DNA of 39,068 nt from a virus (lineage: Duplodnaviria > Caudoviricetes): positions 1-39,068 of the IMG/VR virus record IMGVR_UViG_3300036520_000015, one strand, 5' to 3'. The notes beneath the pieces are model-generated. The model did no database searches and was not told where the DNA came from. It saw only the letters and a list, made by a program, of their open reading frames with translations. Positions 8,336 through 18,079 of the stretch are shown in pieces (positions within the stretch are counted from its first letter, which is position 1; each line of letters begins with the position of its first letter). Both the position numbers and the translations under genes were made by a program.

Positions 8336-10161
8336 CCGATACTCCAGAGGACGACAACGCAGTCAAGCAGGCCATGGGCAAAAAGCAGACGGTGAAGCTC
8401 ACCGTTGTGCAGGGCGGCAAGGAAAAGCCGAAGCGCACGCGCAAGGCTAAAGCTTCGGCCGAGCAGGATGCGCCGCCGCCCGATGCCAATGATCCCGGAA
8501 CAGACCAAAACGATGTCATGGATGGTCCCGATGATTTCGGGAACAACGACGATGTTGGCGACGCTGAGCGTATCGTCATTCGCTGGTGCGCCGGCCTTGA
8601 CCAGAACGACCGCGACAACGGTCGGCGTCTTGTCGCGTGGTTCGGTGAGGATCTGCGCTATGTCACCGGCCTCGGTTGGCTGTTTTGGCGCGGTACGCAC
8701 TGGGTGCGCGATGAAGCGGATCTGGAAGTTCGCTACCTCGCTCAAGTGATCGTCGACAAGATCAAGCTTGAGGCGATCGAGCTAGAAGCCAGCGATCGGC
8801 AAAAGAAGGTGCTGGAGCGCTCGGCCGAGTTGCTGCGCAAAAAGGAAGATCTCAGCACCGCCGAAGAACGCATCATCAAGACAGCGAGCGAGATCATGGT
8901 TGCGCTCGGAAAGCGCCGCTCATCACGCCTCGCCTGGGCCGTCACGTCGGGCAACTCAGGGCGCACCAAGGCTATGCTGGAACAAGCGCAGTCGCTCAAG
9001 GCATTGCCGATCGAGAAGCTCGACTTCGACCACATGCTGTTCAACGTCGCCAACGGCACGCTCCGATTCTGGCGCGAGCTGGACCAGGACCAGCCCGAAG
9101 GTGGCGAGCGCAAGATCGGTCGCTTCGAGTTCCGGCCGCACGCCCGCGAGGATCTGATCACCAAGATGGCCGAGGCCGAGTACCACGGGGAGGCAACCTG
9201 CCCATTCTTTCTTGAGGACTTCCTTGGCAAGGTCCAGCCGGAAGCCCGCTGGCGCACATTTATCCAGGTGTCCACAGCCGTCGCGTTGCTGTTCGGCGGC
9301 AATGACGAGCAGAAGCTGTTCTACCACTACGGCACGGGTGCCAACGGCAAGTCTGCTTTCTTCGAGCTGATCGGGCGCCTGGCCGGCAGTTACCGGCAGA
9401 TCGCCTCACCCGAAACTATCACCGGTGACGGGCAGCGCGCTGGTCAACAGGCCAACCCTGACATTGCTCGCCTGCACAATGCGCGCCTGGTCACCATCGA
9501 AGAGTTGCCAAAGAACACGCCGCTCAAGGAAGAGCTGATCAAAGCGCTGACGGGTGGCACCAAGATCCTCGCGCGCTTCCTCAACAAGGACTTCTTTGAG
9601 TTCATGCCACAGTTCACGCCCATGCTCTCGGGCAACAACAAGCCGGCGATCTCGGGCACCGATGAGGGCATCTGGCGGCGCTTCCTGTTCGTCATCTGGG
9701 GCATTAAGATCCCCGAAGGCGAGCGCATGGCACCCACCCTGCTGGCGGCCCGCCTCGATGCTGAGCGATCTGGCGTGCTCAATTGGCTGATCGAAGGGGC
9801 ATTGCTCTACCTGACCCACGGGCTAGACCACTTCACACCACCAGAAGCCAAGGCATTCGCCCAAGACTACCGCGAAGAGCGCGACAATGTCGGCGTGTTT
9901 GCTGAAGTGGGGCTGGAGCGGATTGAGGGGCAGAAGGTCAAGGCCGGCGTGCTTTTCGAGGCTTATGAGGCCTGGTGCAAGCGCAACGGCCTGCGCGCTG
10001 CCAGCCAGCGTAGCTTCGGCGACCGAATGAACGATCTCAACTACAAGAAACAGCGCGGCGCCTTTTACGTCTACCTCGATGTGCGGCTGCGCGAAAACCC
10101 GGCCGCCCCTGCAGGCACAGGCGAGCCGCCGACACGCGACCCAAGCGACCCCGGCTTCTAG
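8332..10161 (+). CDS. P4-family/D5-like SF3 helicase
   Basis: D5-N (NVANG..H.REDLITK); Walker A GTGANGKS; IKALTGG..ARFL; DEGIWRR; C-terminal winged helix. Confidence 0.92.
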   Translation: MTDTPEDDNAVKQAMGKKQTVKLTVVQGGKEKPKRTRKAKASAEQDAPPPDANDPGTDQNDVMDGPDDFGNNDDVGDAERIVIRWCAGLDQNDRDNGRRLVAWFGEDLRYVTGLGWLFWRGTHWVRDEADLEVRYLAQVIVDKIKLEAIELEASDRQKKVLERSAELLRKKEDLSTAEERIIKTASEIMVALGKRRSSRLAWAVTSGNSGRTKAMLEQAQSLKALPIEKLDFDHMLFNVANGTLRFWRELDQDQPEGGERKIGRFEFRPHAREDLITKMAEAEYHGEATCPFFLEDFLGKVQPEARWRTFIQVSTAVALLFGGNDEQKLFYHYGTGANGKSAFFELIGRLAGSYRQIASPETITGDGQRAGQQANPDIARLHNARLVTIEELPKNTPLKEELIKALTGGTKILARFLNKDFFEFMPQFTPMLSGNNKPAISGTDEGIWRRFLFVIWGIKIPEGERMAPTLLAARLDAERSGVLNWLIEGALLYLTHGLDHFTPPEAKAFAQDYREERDNVGVFAEVGLERIEGQKVKAGVLFEAYEAWCKRNGLRAASQRSFGDRMNDLNYKKQRGAFYVYLDVRLRENPAAPAGTGEPPTRDPSDPGF

Positions 10162-10248
10162 CTCGCCAACCCGGTGCGTGCCGCGTGGAGAGGGTCAGTC
10201 CCGTTGCGCCGCGCTCCCCGCACCCCCTTTCAGAAGAGAAAAAGGAAG

Positions 10249-10571
10249 TCTCAACCCTCTCGCTGCTAACGCAGCGCGATAGAGGGTTGAGAGGTTTGCG
10301 AGAGGGTGAAATACAAAACCTCTCATCCGAAAACAACAGCAGAAACAGCGGTTTAGATCGATTTCGAGAGGGTCGAGAGGGTTCTGGCTCGCCTATATAT
10401 AGAAGGGGTTGGGGGTGTGGCCTTTGCGTGCTGTGGTCGGGCGAAAATCCTCATAGGGCGTGGGGCAACCCTCTCAACCCTCTTCTCTCTCTCTAACCAT
10501 CTACAGTTCTTTATCTATTTCCGATGAGAGGTTTGAAAAGAAACCTCTTAGACCCTCTAAGAGGTTTGAGA
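10249..10571. repeat. Iteron-like AGAGG(G/T)T repeats in both orientations; probable replication origin
   Basis: 12-bp inverted repeat TCTCAACCCTCT 10249-10260 / AGAGGGTTGAGA 10281-10292, plus roughly ten related copies with AT-rich patches. Confidence 0.65.
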
Positions 10572-11140
10572 TGCCGAAGGCTGTGGATGTTGAAGACCTG
10601 GTTGTATGGGCCTTTCGTGATCAGAAGGTTGAGCATGTGGCGAAGCGGCTCTGGCCGACACAGGGTGTGGCGGGCTCCATTGAGAGCGGGTTGGCTCAAG
10701 TCATGGCGCTGGGATGCCGAGTGGACACTTCATCGGCAGGTGCTTTGCACTTAGCGGCCCAATGCCATGAGGATGCGGCGGTCATTTACGATGCGGTGAT
10801 GGCATTGCCGCCCGAGGCTTGGTCGCTTGTCATTCGCCACGGTCGGCAAGGTACGCGGCCTGAGTGGTATCCTGAAGGGCCAGGCTATTGGGCGCAGCCG
10901 GTGGGTCGGGATGGCCAGCCTAAGAAACTTTGGCGTGATCCTGCTAAGAAGACTGGGTATCTCGGGATTGCACCATTGGTGCTGATCGGGCTTGAACCTC
11001 GGTTTGTCGAGGAGGCGAGACGGGCCTATGAGCTATGGTACATGGCGCTGATTGATCTGGTTGGCATGCTCAATGGGCCTGATGGACTGGAAGACCATGA
11101 AGCGCTGATGCCGACCAGTGCTGTGCCCCCTTGGAAATAA
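10571..11140 (+). CDS. Putative late-gene regulator (Q position)
   Basis: Last early gene before the HNH/terminase genes; HEDA..IYDAV..L..LVIRHG..RPEW; ATG 10571 preferred. Confidence 0.6.
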   Translation: MPKAVDVEDLVVWAFRDQKVEHVAKRLWPTQGVAGSIESGLAQVMALGCRVDTSSAGALHLAAQCHEDAAVIYDAVMALPPEAWSLVIRHGRQGTRPEWYPEGPGYWAQPVGRDGQPKKLWRDPAKKTGYLGIAPLVLIGLEPRFVEEARRAYELWYMALIDLVGMLNGPDGLEDHEALMPTSAVPPWK

Positions 11141-11164
11141 TTCTTCGATTGTGCAGAAAGCACG

Positions 11165-11193
11165 CTTGCCTCCGGTTTTGTTTGACGTATGTT
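11165..11193 (+). promoter_or_regulatory. Putative late promoter
   Basis: CTTGCC-N17-TATGTT. Confidence 0.5.
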
Positions 11194-11220
11194 CCCTCAC
11201 AACAGAACAGGTCTACAGAC

Positions 11221-11254
11221 AGGCGCACGGGCAACCGGAGCGCCTTTTGCTTTT
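11221..11254 (+). terminator. Terminator just downstream of the late promoter
   Basis: AGGCGC..GCGCCT stem followed by TTTGCTTTT. Confidence 0.55.
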
Positions 11255-11266
11255 GGTGGGGTCGGG

Positions 11267-11575
11267 ATGGGCAAGCTGACCAACCTTCGCCCCACGCTGA
11301 CCTCGTTGCCTTCTCGGCTCAAGCCGCCGCCCAAAACTGCTGAGCAGTTCTACCAGTCGCCCGAGTGGCGTCGTCTCGTTGCGCAGATCAAGCGCGAGCG
11401 CGGCAACTGGTGTGAACGCTGCGGCTCTAAGCATCGGGTCATTGCTGACCACATAGTCGAACGCAAAGACGGTGGTGCTGATCTCGACCCTTCGAACATC
11501 GAGCTGCTGTGCTTCACGCACCACCAGCAGAAGACGGCGAGCGAAAGGGCGAAGCGGGCGGCGGGGCGCACCTGA
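11267..11575 (+). CDS. Terminase-associated HNH endonuclease (gp74-like)
   Basis: FYQSPEWR, CERC, ADHI..DGG..D.SN..LC..HH..KT. Confidence 0.92.
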   Translation: MGKLTNLRPTLTSLPSRLKPPPKTAEQFYQSPEWRRLVAQIKRERGNWCERCGSKHRVIADHIVERKDGGADLDPSNIELLCFTHHQQKTASERAKRAAGRT

Positions 11576-11656
11576 CGGACGGGAGGGGGGGTCAAAAGTC
11601 TGGGAAGTGGCGCTGCCTCCGCACCGCCGTCCCTCTCATTCAGAGGTTTTTTTTCG
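11576..11656. other. Probable cos packaging region
   Basis: Between HNH and terS; GGGGGGGTCAAAAGTCT..CGCACCGCC..TTTTTTTT layout typical of HK97-like cos phages. Confidence 0.55.
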
Positions 11657-12100
11657 ATGAGTACGAATTTTGACCTTTTGGGTGACCCAATTCCTGAGGG
11701 TCATGGCAAGCGCGGCCGGCCTCCCCATCTGGTGACCGAAGAAAAACGCAGAACTATCATACAGTTACTGGCATTCGGTTGGACCATCGAGAAGATTGCA
11801 GCGGCGCTAAACTGCACTCCGCCCACTTTGCGAAAGAATTATTTTCGAGAGCTTGCCGCGAAGGCCGAAGCCAAGGCGAGAGTCGAGGCTAAGCTCATCT
11901 CGTCGCTGATGGCCGAGGCGGAAGCCGGCAACGTGTCGGCGATCGACAAATACCTCAAGCGGCTTGACCGTTCGGTGCCGGCGCCGCTGCAACAGGCCAA
12001 GCCGACGAAGGCGGCCAAGCTCGGCAAGAAAGAGGCGGCTCTCGAAGACGCCAAGACAGCCCACGAAGATACGGGCTGGGGCGGGTTGTTGCCCAATTGA
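11657..12100 (+). CDS. terS: Terminase small subunit
   Basis: GRPPH..HTH (IAAALNCTPPTLRKNY)..GNVSA; directly before terL. Confidence 0.8.
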   Translation: MSTNFDLLGDPIPEGHGKRGRPPHLVTEEKRRTIIQLLAFGWTIEKIAAALNCTPPTLRKNYFRELAAKAEAKARVEAKLISSLMAEAEAGNVSAIDKYLKRLDRSVPAPLQQAKPTKAAKLGKKEAALEDAKTAHEDTGWGGLLPN

Positions 12101-13803
12101 CTGAGTGGGATTTCTCCTGCCCGGATTGGGTTGACCGCCTGAAGGCTCGGCGTCCGCTCATACCGGACTTGCCGCTCAACCAGGTAGAGGCTGATCGGGC
12201 GGTTGCAATCTTCAACCGGCTTCGACTTCCCGATGTGGTCGGGCAACCGACGATGGGTGAAGCTGCCGGCGAGTGGTTTCGCGACATCGTCCGCGCGGTG
12301 TTTGGCTCGCTCGACGAAAACAACGTTCGTCACGTGGGCGAGCTGTTTGCGCTAGTACCGAAAAAGAACAGCAAGACGACTGGCGGTGCCGGCATCATGT
12401 TGACAGCGATGCTGCTCAACCAGCGTCCGCGCGCCGAGTTCTTGCTGGTAGGGCCGACGCAGGAAGTGGCTGATCTGGCCTTCCAACAGGCAGCGGGGAT
12501 GATTGAGGCTGATCCTGAAGGCTATCTGCCTAAGCGGTTCGCTGTTCGGGAGCATCTCAAGACCATCGAGGACCTGACAAACGGTGCGGTGCTTAAGATC
12601 AAGACTTTCGACATGAAGGTCATGACCGGTGCCAAGCCAACGGGCGTGCTGGTGGACGAGCTGCACGTGATGTCCACCGTGAGCTATGCATCCCGCGTGA
12701 TTGGTCAGATCCGTGGCGGGCTGATGCCGCGCCCGGAAGGATTTCTAATTTTCATCACGACGCAAAGTGACATGCCGCCGGCCGGATGCTTCCGATCGGA
12801 GTTGCAGCTCGCGAGAGGCATCCGGGACGGCAGGATCAAGGGTGAGGCAGCATCTATGCTGCCGGTGCTTTATGAATTTCCGGAGGCCATGCAGACTGAC
12901 AAGCTTAGGCATTGGGAAAACCCCAAGCTCTGGCCGATGGTCACGCCGAACTTGGGGCTTTCGATCAGCATTGAGGCGCTGCGCAAGGACTATGCCCAGG
13001 CGCGGGAGAAGGGCGAGGAAGAGGTTCGCCGGTGGGCAAGCCAACACCTCAATGTTGAAATTGGCATGGCGCTGCACTCCGAACGGTGGCGTGGCGCTGA
13101 TCACTGGGAAGGCGCAGGCGATGAAAGCCTGAGCCTTGAAGCCCTGCTTGATCGCTGTGAAGTGGTCACAATAGGAATCGACGGCGGCGGTCTAGATGAC
13201 ATGCTCGCGATGGCCGTTATGGGCCGGGACAAGACCACAAGAGACTGGCTGCTTTGGTGCCATGCGTGGATACAGAGCGACGTTTTGGAACTGCGGCCAG
13301 AAATCGCCGAAAGTTTACGGGACTTTTGTGAAGCGGGCGACCTGACCATTTGTGAGACGGCCACTCAGGACGTTGAAGAACTCGCCGCCTTCGTGCTGCA
13401 GGTTTTCGAAAGCGGTCTGTTGCCCGAGAAGGCCGGGATAGGGTTCGACCCGCAGGGTGTGGCCGCAATGGTCGACGAACTGGCCACGCTTGGCATCGCT
13501 GGCGACCTGGTCGTGGGTGTCTCGCAGGGATTTCGGCTTTCCTCCGCCGTCTGGGGGATGGAGCGGAAGCTGAAAGACGGAACTCTATGGCATTCCGGGT
13601 CGCGGATGATGGCTTGGTGCGTGGGTAATGCCAAAGCCGAGCAGAGAGGAAACGCCGTGCTGATTACCAAGCAGACAGCCGGCAAGGCCAAAATTGACCC
13701 ATTGGTCGCGGCATTTGATGCTGCGAAACTCATGGAGCGAAATCCAGAAGCAGGCGGCAGTCGCCTCGATGACTTCTTGAACAACCCGGTAATGGTGATC
13801 TAA
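12097..13803 (+). CDS. terL: Terminase large subunit
   Basis: Walker A PKKNSKT, Walker B VLVDELH, nuclease GIDGGGLDD and KIDPLVA. Confidence 0.96.
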   Translation: MTEWDFSCPDWVDRLKARRPLIPDLPLNQVEADRAVAIFNRLRLPDVVGQPTMGEAAGEWFRDIVRAVFGSLDENNVRHVGELFALVPKKNSKTTGGAGIMLTAMLLNQRPRAEFLLVGPTQEVADLAFQQAAGMIEADPEGYLPKRFAVREHLKTIEDLTNGAVLKIKTFDMKVMTGAKPTGVLVDELHVMSTVSYASRVIGQIRGGLMPRPEGFLIFITTQSDMPPAGCFRSELQLARGIRDGRIKGEAASMLPVLYEFPEAMQTDKLRHWENPKLWPMVTPNLGLSISIEALRKDYAQAREKGEEEVRRWASQHLNVEIGMALHSERWRGADHWEGAGDESLSLEALLDRCEVVTIGIDGGGLDDMLAMAVMGRDKTTRDWLLWCHAWIQSDVLELRPEIAESLRDFCEAGDLTICETATQDVEELAAFVLQVFESGLLPEKAGIGFDPQGVAAMVDELATLGIAGDLVVGVSQGFRLSSAVWGMERKLKDGTLWHSGSRMMAWCVGNAKAEQRGNAVLITKQTAGKAKIDPLVAAFDAAKLMERNPEAGGSRLDDFLNNPVMVI

Positions 13804-15092
13804 TGGCCCGGCGGAACTCGCGAGCACGCCGCGCCCATCAGAACAGGTCTGCTTCTGATGTTCGCCAGGACGTGACGCCACTGTCATCAGGCGAAACAGG
13901 GAAGGAACGCCGCCTCACCCTCACTAACGGGGTTGCATGGGCAGATTTCGGTGGTGCTGACAGCTATGCCGGCAAATCCGTCAACCTGAAGTCAGCGATG
14001 CAGCTCGCTACCGTTTGGGCCTGCATCCGACTCTCGGCGCAGGCCATCTCTGCGCTGCCTATCGACATTTTCGAGAGGCAAGAGGACGGCAGCCGCAAGC
14101 CCAGTGATGACAATCTGGGTGACGTGATCATTCGCAATCCGAACGCTGATCAGACGCCCTTAGAATATTGGGAAAGCCAAGTTGCCTGGCTGATGGCTAC
14201 GGGGAATGCCTATTCCGAAAAGGTATCCTACGGTCGATCTCTGTCCTCACTTCAGCCGCTGGCCAGCACACATTGCCGTCCGGTTCGGCTTGCCGATGGT
14301 GAGTTGGTCTACCGGGTGAGCGATCGCGGCAAATCGGAAGATCTGCCGCGCGACAAAGTCTTTCACTTGAAAGGCTTCGGCTTTGGTGGTGATCTCGGAC
14401 TATCGCCGATCGCCTATGGCATGCAGACGTTCGGCGCCGCCATTGCGACGGATGAAGCGGCTGGCAAGATTTTCGGTAACGGTCTCAGCGTTAGCGGCGT
14501 GCTTTCCTCCGACCAAATTCTCAAGCCGGATCAGCGTGACCAGCTCGGCGCCATCATGACCAAATATGCCGGCTCCAAGAACGCCGGCAAGCTGATGATC
14601 CTTGAGGCAGGCCTCAAGTATCAGCAGATGACGCTGAACCCTGAAGACGCGCAAATGCTGGAGTCCCGTCGCTTCCACATCGAAGAAATGTGCCGTTGGT
14701 TCGGCATGCCGCCCATCATCATTGGTCACGCCGCTGAAGGCCAGACCATGTGGGGCAGCGGGGTTGAGCAAATTTTCCTCGCATGGCTCGCCCTAGGGAT
14801 CAACCCGGTTTGCCGTCGCATCGAAGCCCGCATTCAAAAGGATCTGGTCCCCGTTGAAAAGCGTCGGCGGCTTTATGCGGAGTTCAACCGCGAAGGCCTG
14901 CTGCAGATGGATAGCAAGGCCAAGGCCGAGTTCCTCAGCAGCATGACGCAGAACGGTCTGATGTCGCGGAACGAAGGCCGCAGCAAACTCAACATGCCGC
15001 GCCGGGATGGCGCAGACGATCTCACGGCCCAGACCAATCTGGCGCCGCTGGCGATGCTCGGCAAGACAGCGCCGGCACCCAACAAGGTCTAG
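13803..15092 (+). CDS. HK97-family portal protein
   Basis: VWACIRL, NPNADQT, GNAY, GLSPI, NEGR motifs. Confidence 0.96.
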   Translation: MARRNSRARRAHQNRSASDVRQDVTPLSSGETGKERRLTLTNGVAWADFGGADSYAGKSVNLKSAMQLATVWACIRLSAQAISALPIDIFERQEDGSRKPSDDNLGDVIIRNPNADQTPLEYWESQVAWLMATGNAYSEKVSYGRSLSSLQPLASTHCRPVRLADGELVYRVSDRGKSEDLPRDKVFHLKGFGFGGDLGLSPIAYGMQTFGAAIATDEAAGKIFGNGLSVSGVLSSDQILKPDQRDQLGAIMTKYAGSKNAGKLMILEAGLKYQQMTLNPEDAQMLESRRFHIEEMCRWFGMPPIIIGHAAEGQTMWGSGVEQIFLAWLALGINPVCRRIEARIQKDLVPVEKRRRLYAEFNREGLLQMDSKAKAEFLSSMTQNGLMSRNEGRSKLNMPRRDGADDLTAQTNLAPLAMLGKTAPAPNKV

Positions 15093-15103
15093 AGGAAATC
15101 ACC

Positions 15104-15952
15104 ATGAGCAAGCGAAAGCTGCCCGCTGCGGAAATCGCGGCGCGGCCCGGCATGCGTTCAGAACTATCCCCAGCCGCCTTGGACCGCTGGAACCCGGATG
15201 TGCGCTCGGCCTCTCAGGCTGAGACGACAGTCGACACGATCTCGATCCTCGATCCGATTGGCGCAGACTGGTTCGGCGAAGGCGTTACGGCCAAGCGGAT
15301 CGCCTCAGCGCTCCGCTCGATCGGCGCTGACAAGGATGTCACCGTCAACATCAACTCGCCTGGCGGCGACTATTTCGAAGGCCTCGCAATCTACAATCTG
15401 TTGCGCGAACATAAGGGCGCAGTGACGGTCAAGATCCTGGGCATTGCCGCCTCGGCCGCTTCCGTGATCGCCATGGCCGGCGACAGCGTGCAGATTGCCC
15501 GCGCAGGCTTCCTGATGATCCACAATACCTGGGTCATTGCCATGGGCGACCGCAACGCGCTGCGCGATGTTGCTGACTGGCTGGAGCCCTTTGACCGCAC
15601 TGCCGTCGGTATCTATTCGGCGCGTACCGGCATCGCCGAAGCCGACCTGACCAAGATGCTCGACAAGGAAACCTGGGTGGGCGGCGCTGATGCCGTTGAC
15701 CAGGGCTTTGCCGACAGCCTCTTGCCTGCCGATGAGATCGCTGCAGGCGCTAAGAATTCGAGCGAAGGGCGCCCGGTTGTGGCGGCCCACAAGCTCGACA
15801 GTCTTCTGGCTCAGATCAACGTGCCCCGCTCCGAGCGGCGCGAGCTGATCCAAGCCCTGAAAGGTGGCACGCGCGACGCTGCCACAACCGACATGCCCGG
15901 CGCTGTCGCTTCCGAGGTCGCAGACCTCTTGAACAAACTGAAGTCCATTTGA
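15104..15952 (+). CDS. ClpP-type prohead protease
   Basis: INSPGGD, GIAASAASVIAMAG, MIHN, ETW..A...GFAD. Confidence 0.94.
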   Translation: MSKRKLPAAEIAARPGMRSELSPAALDRWNPDVRSASQAETTVDTISILDPIGADWFGEGVTAKRIASALRSIGADKDVTVNINSPGGDYFEGLAIYNLLREHKGAVTVKILGIAASAASVIAMAGDSVQIARAGFLMIHNTWVIAMGDRNALRDVADWLEPFDRTAVGIYSARTGIAEADLTKMLDKETWVGGADAVDQGFADSLLPADEIAAGAKNSSEGRPVVAAHKLDSLLAQINVPRSERRELIQALKGGTRDAATTDMPGAVASEVADLLNKLKSI

Positions 15953-15971
15953 TCATCTGAGGGATCACCCC

Positions 15972-17279
15972 ATGTTTAAGCGACATATGCCGCTGGCCGC
16001 GCTAGGCGCGCTGCTGGCAACGACCCGTCCTGCCGCTGTGTTGGGCGCCGTGCGCGCCGATGCACAGAACATCGAAAAGCTGCTCGCCGATGTGAAGCAG
16101 GAAATCACACGCGTCGGAGACGATGTGAAGCGCACTGCTGAAGACGCGCTCAAGCAGAGCAAAGATGCTGGCACTGTAGCTGCCGAAACCAAGCTCGCGG
16201 CCGACAAGCTGCTGACTGACCAGGCCAAGCTCAATGACGCCCAGCAGCGTCTTGAAGGTCGCCTGCTGGAATTGACCGATCGCAACCTTGACCTGGAACA
16301 GCGCCTGTCTGCTCGCGGGCAGGGTGGCAAGGATGTGGTCAAATCCATGGGTCAGCAGGTCGCCGAATCTGATCTGGTCAAGCAGTTCAACGCCCAGGGC
16401 GCTCGCGGCACCATCAAGGTGCCGGTGAACAATGCCATCACCAGCGACAGCGGCTCGGCCGGCACGCTGATCCGTCCGGAACGGGACAACGAGATCATCC
16501 AATTGCCACGCCGGCAGATGACCATCCGTCAGCTGCTCAGTGTCGGTCCAACCAGCTCGAACTCGGTCGAGTATGCCCGCATGGTGACCCGCACCAACAA
16601 TGCAGCGCCCGTCGCTGAAGGTGCGCAAAAGCCAGAGTCCAACTATGTCTGGGAACTTGACGACGCTCCGGTGCGCACGATCGCACACTGGGTACCGGTG
16701 TCTCGCCAGGCCATGGACGATGTGCCGCAGCTGCAGGGCGAGATCGACGGCGAGCTCCGATACGGCCTCGACCTGGTTGAGGAAAACGAGATCCTCAAAG
16801 GCGACGGTACTGGCCAGCACCTGCTTGGCCTGGTGCCTCAGGCAACTGACTACGTGGCCGCGTTCGCTCCTGAGAACGAAACCGATATCGACACTCTTCG
16901 CCTCGCTCTGCTGCAGGCTTCGCTGGCCGAATATCCTGCCGATGGTATCGTTCTTCATGACACCCGCTGGGCGCGTATTGAGCTGACGAAAGACACGGCT
17001 GGCCGCTACATCTTCGCCAATGTGGTGCAGATTGCCGGCCCTCAGCTGTGGGGCCGTCCGGTGATCGCCACGCAGGCCATGGACGAGGACGAGTTCCTCA
17101 CCGGGGCATTCCGGGTTGCCGCCAAGATCTATGACCGCATGGATGTGGAAGTGCTGATCTCTTCGGAAGATCGGGACAACTTCATCAAGAACATGCTGAC
17201 CGTGCGCGCAGAAAAGCGTTTGGCACTGGCCGTCAAGCGCCCCAAGGCTCTGGTTAATGGCGAGTTCACCGCTCTCTAG
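15972..17279 (+). CDS. HK97-fold major capsid protein
   Basis: Coiled-coil delta domain; VAEGAQKPES; LWGRPV; F.KNMLTVRAE.R. Confidence 0.96.
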   Translation: MFKRHMPLAALGALLATTRPAAVLGAVRADAQNIEKLLADVKQEITRVGDDVKRTAEDALKQSKDAGTVAAETKLAADKLLTDQAKLNDAQQRLEGRLLELTDRNLDLEQRLSARGQGGKDVVKSMGQQVAESDLVKQFNAQGARGTIKVPVNNAITSDSGSAGTLIRPERDNEIIQLPRRQMTIRQLLSVGPTSSNSVEYARMVTRTNNAAPVAEGAQKPESNYVWELDDAPVRTIAHWVPVSRQAMDDVPQLQGEIDGELRYGLDLVEENEILKGDGTGQHLLGLVPQATDYVAAFAPENETDIDTLRLALLQASLAEYPADGIVLHDTRWARIELTKDTAGRYIFANVVQIAGPQLWGRPVIATQAMDEDEFLTGAFRVAAKIYDRMDVEVLISSEDRDNFIKNMLTVRAEKRLALAVKRPKALVNGEFTAL

Positions 17280-17300
17280 TTGAGGGCTTCCTGACAATCA

Positions 17301-17330
17301 CAGCGGCCTTCTGGGCCGCTGTTTTCTTTT
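17301..17330 (+). terminator. Intrinsic terminator after capsid
   Basis: CAGCGGCC-TTCTG-GGCCGCTG followed by TTTTCTTTT. Confidence 0.8.
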
Positions 17331-17340
17331 GGAGACAGTC

Positions 17341-17613
17341 ATGAAGTACCGTGCCCTCAAATCGTTCTATGGGGATCTGGGCAGCGTTCGCCGCAACCAG
17401 ATCCTCACGCTGGACGATTCCCGCACATTGGAGACCTTGCTCAAGCGCAAGCTGCTCGTCGCAGTTGGCAATGAGGCCGATGACGGCTTGGACAAGTTGA
17501 CCATCGGCAAGCTCAAGGAACTAGCAACCAAACGGGAACTCGATCTGGCTGGTGCACGCACCAAGCCTGACATTCTCGCGGCCTTGCGCGCCGTCCCACC
17601 TGCTCAAGAGTAG
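17341..17613 (+). CDS. Small protein with C-terminal Rho-N/HeH-like domain
   Basis: LDKLTIGKLKELA..LDL....KPDILAAL; GGAG RBS. Confidence 0.75.
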   Translation: MKYRALKSFYGDLGSVRRNQILTLDDSRTLETLLKRKLLVAVGNEADDGLDKLTIGKLKELATKRELDLAGARTKPDILAALRAVPPAQE

Positions 17614-17667
17614 GCTTCGAACCCTTCGACGTAACCGGGCAAAGCGCCCAAACTTCAGGAGACTGGG

Positions 17668-18030
17668 ATGCGCCGCATCAAAGTCAATGTGACTACTGCT
17701 GCCGACGGCAGCGCCACGGTCTATAGCTCCCGGTTTTCGGGCAAGATCGACAGCATCGCCTATTCCAAAACTGACTTCGCTGATGGCGTTGATTTTACCA
17801 TCACCACCGAAGCCGTCGGCGAGAGCGTGTGGACAGAAGCCAACGTCAACGCTGCTGCCGTGCGCCGCCCTCGGGCGCCGACACACAGCCAGGCGGGTGT
17901 GGCCGCTGTGTTCGCCGCTGGTGGCACCGCAGTCCTCGATAAGATCGCAGTTGGCAATGATCGCCTCAAGTTCGTGATCGCGCAGGGCGGCAACGCCAAG
18001 AACGGTTCGTTCTACATCCTTGTCGACTAG
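17668..18030 (+). CDS. Beta-rich virion protein, putative head decoration/spike base
   Basis: AGGAG RBS; T/A/V-rich; capsid-adjacent. Confidence 0.6.
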   Translation: MRRIKVNVTTAADGSATVYSSRFSGKIDSIAYSKTDFADGVDFTITTEAVGESVWTEANVNAAAVRRPRAPTHSQAGVAAVFAAGGTAVLDKIAVGNDRLKFVIAQGGNAKNGSFYILVD

Positions 18031-18079
18031 GCTGGAGCGTCCCTGACGGGGCGTTCCTCCAGTTTCACCGGAGGCCTTC

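Noticed and set aside
5470-9819. Several long minus-strand ORFs (186-292 aa)
   Set aside because: Shadows of the coupled plus-strand operon in GC-rich DNA
10348-10356. GCGGTTTAG partial match to the island motif
   Set aside because: Short match expected by chance and lacks the leading GT
10185-10570. 103-aa ORF and N-terminal extension of the 10460 ORF
   Set aside because: Translations of the repeat region (RGLRGLREG, NPLNPL); ATG 10571 is the better start
10249-10571. Possible CRISPR array
   Set aside because: Repeats are short, in both orientations and irregularly spaced; no cas genes
16002-17297. 431-aa ORF antisense to the capsid gene
   Set aside because: Codon-aligned shadow of a strongly GC3-biased gene; no RBS or motifs
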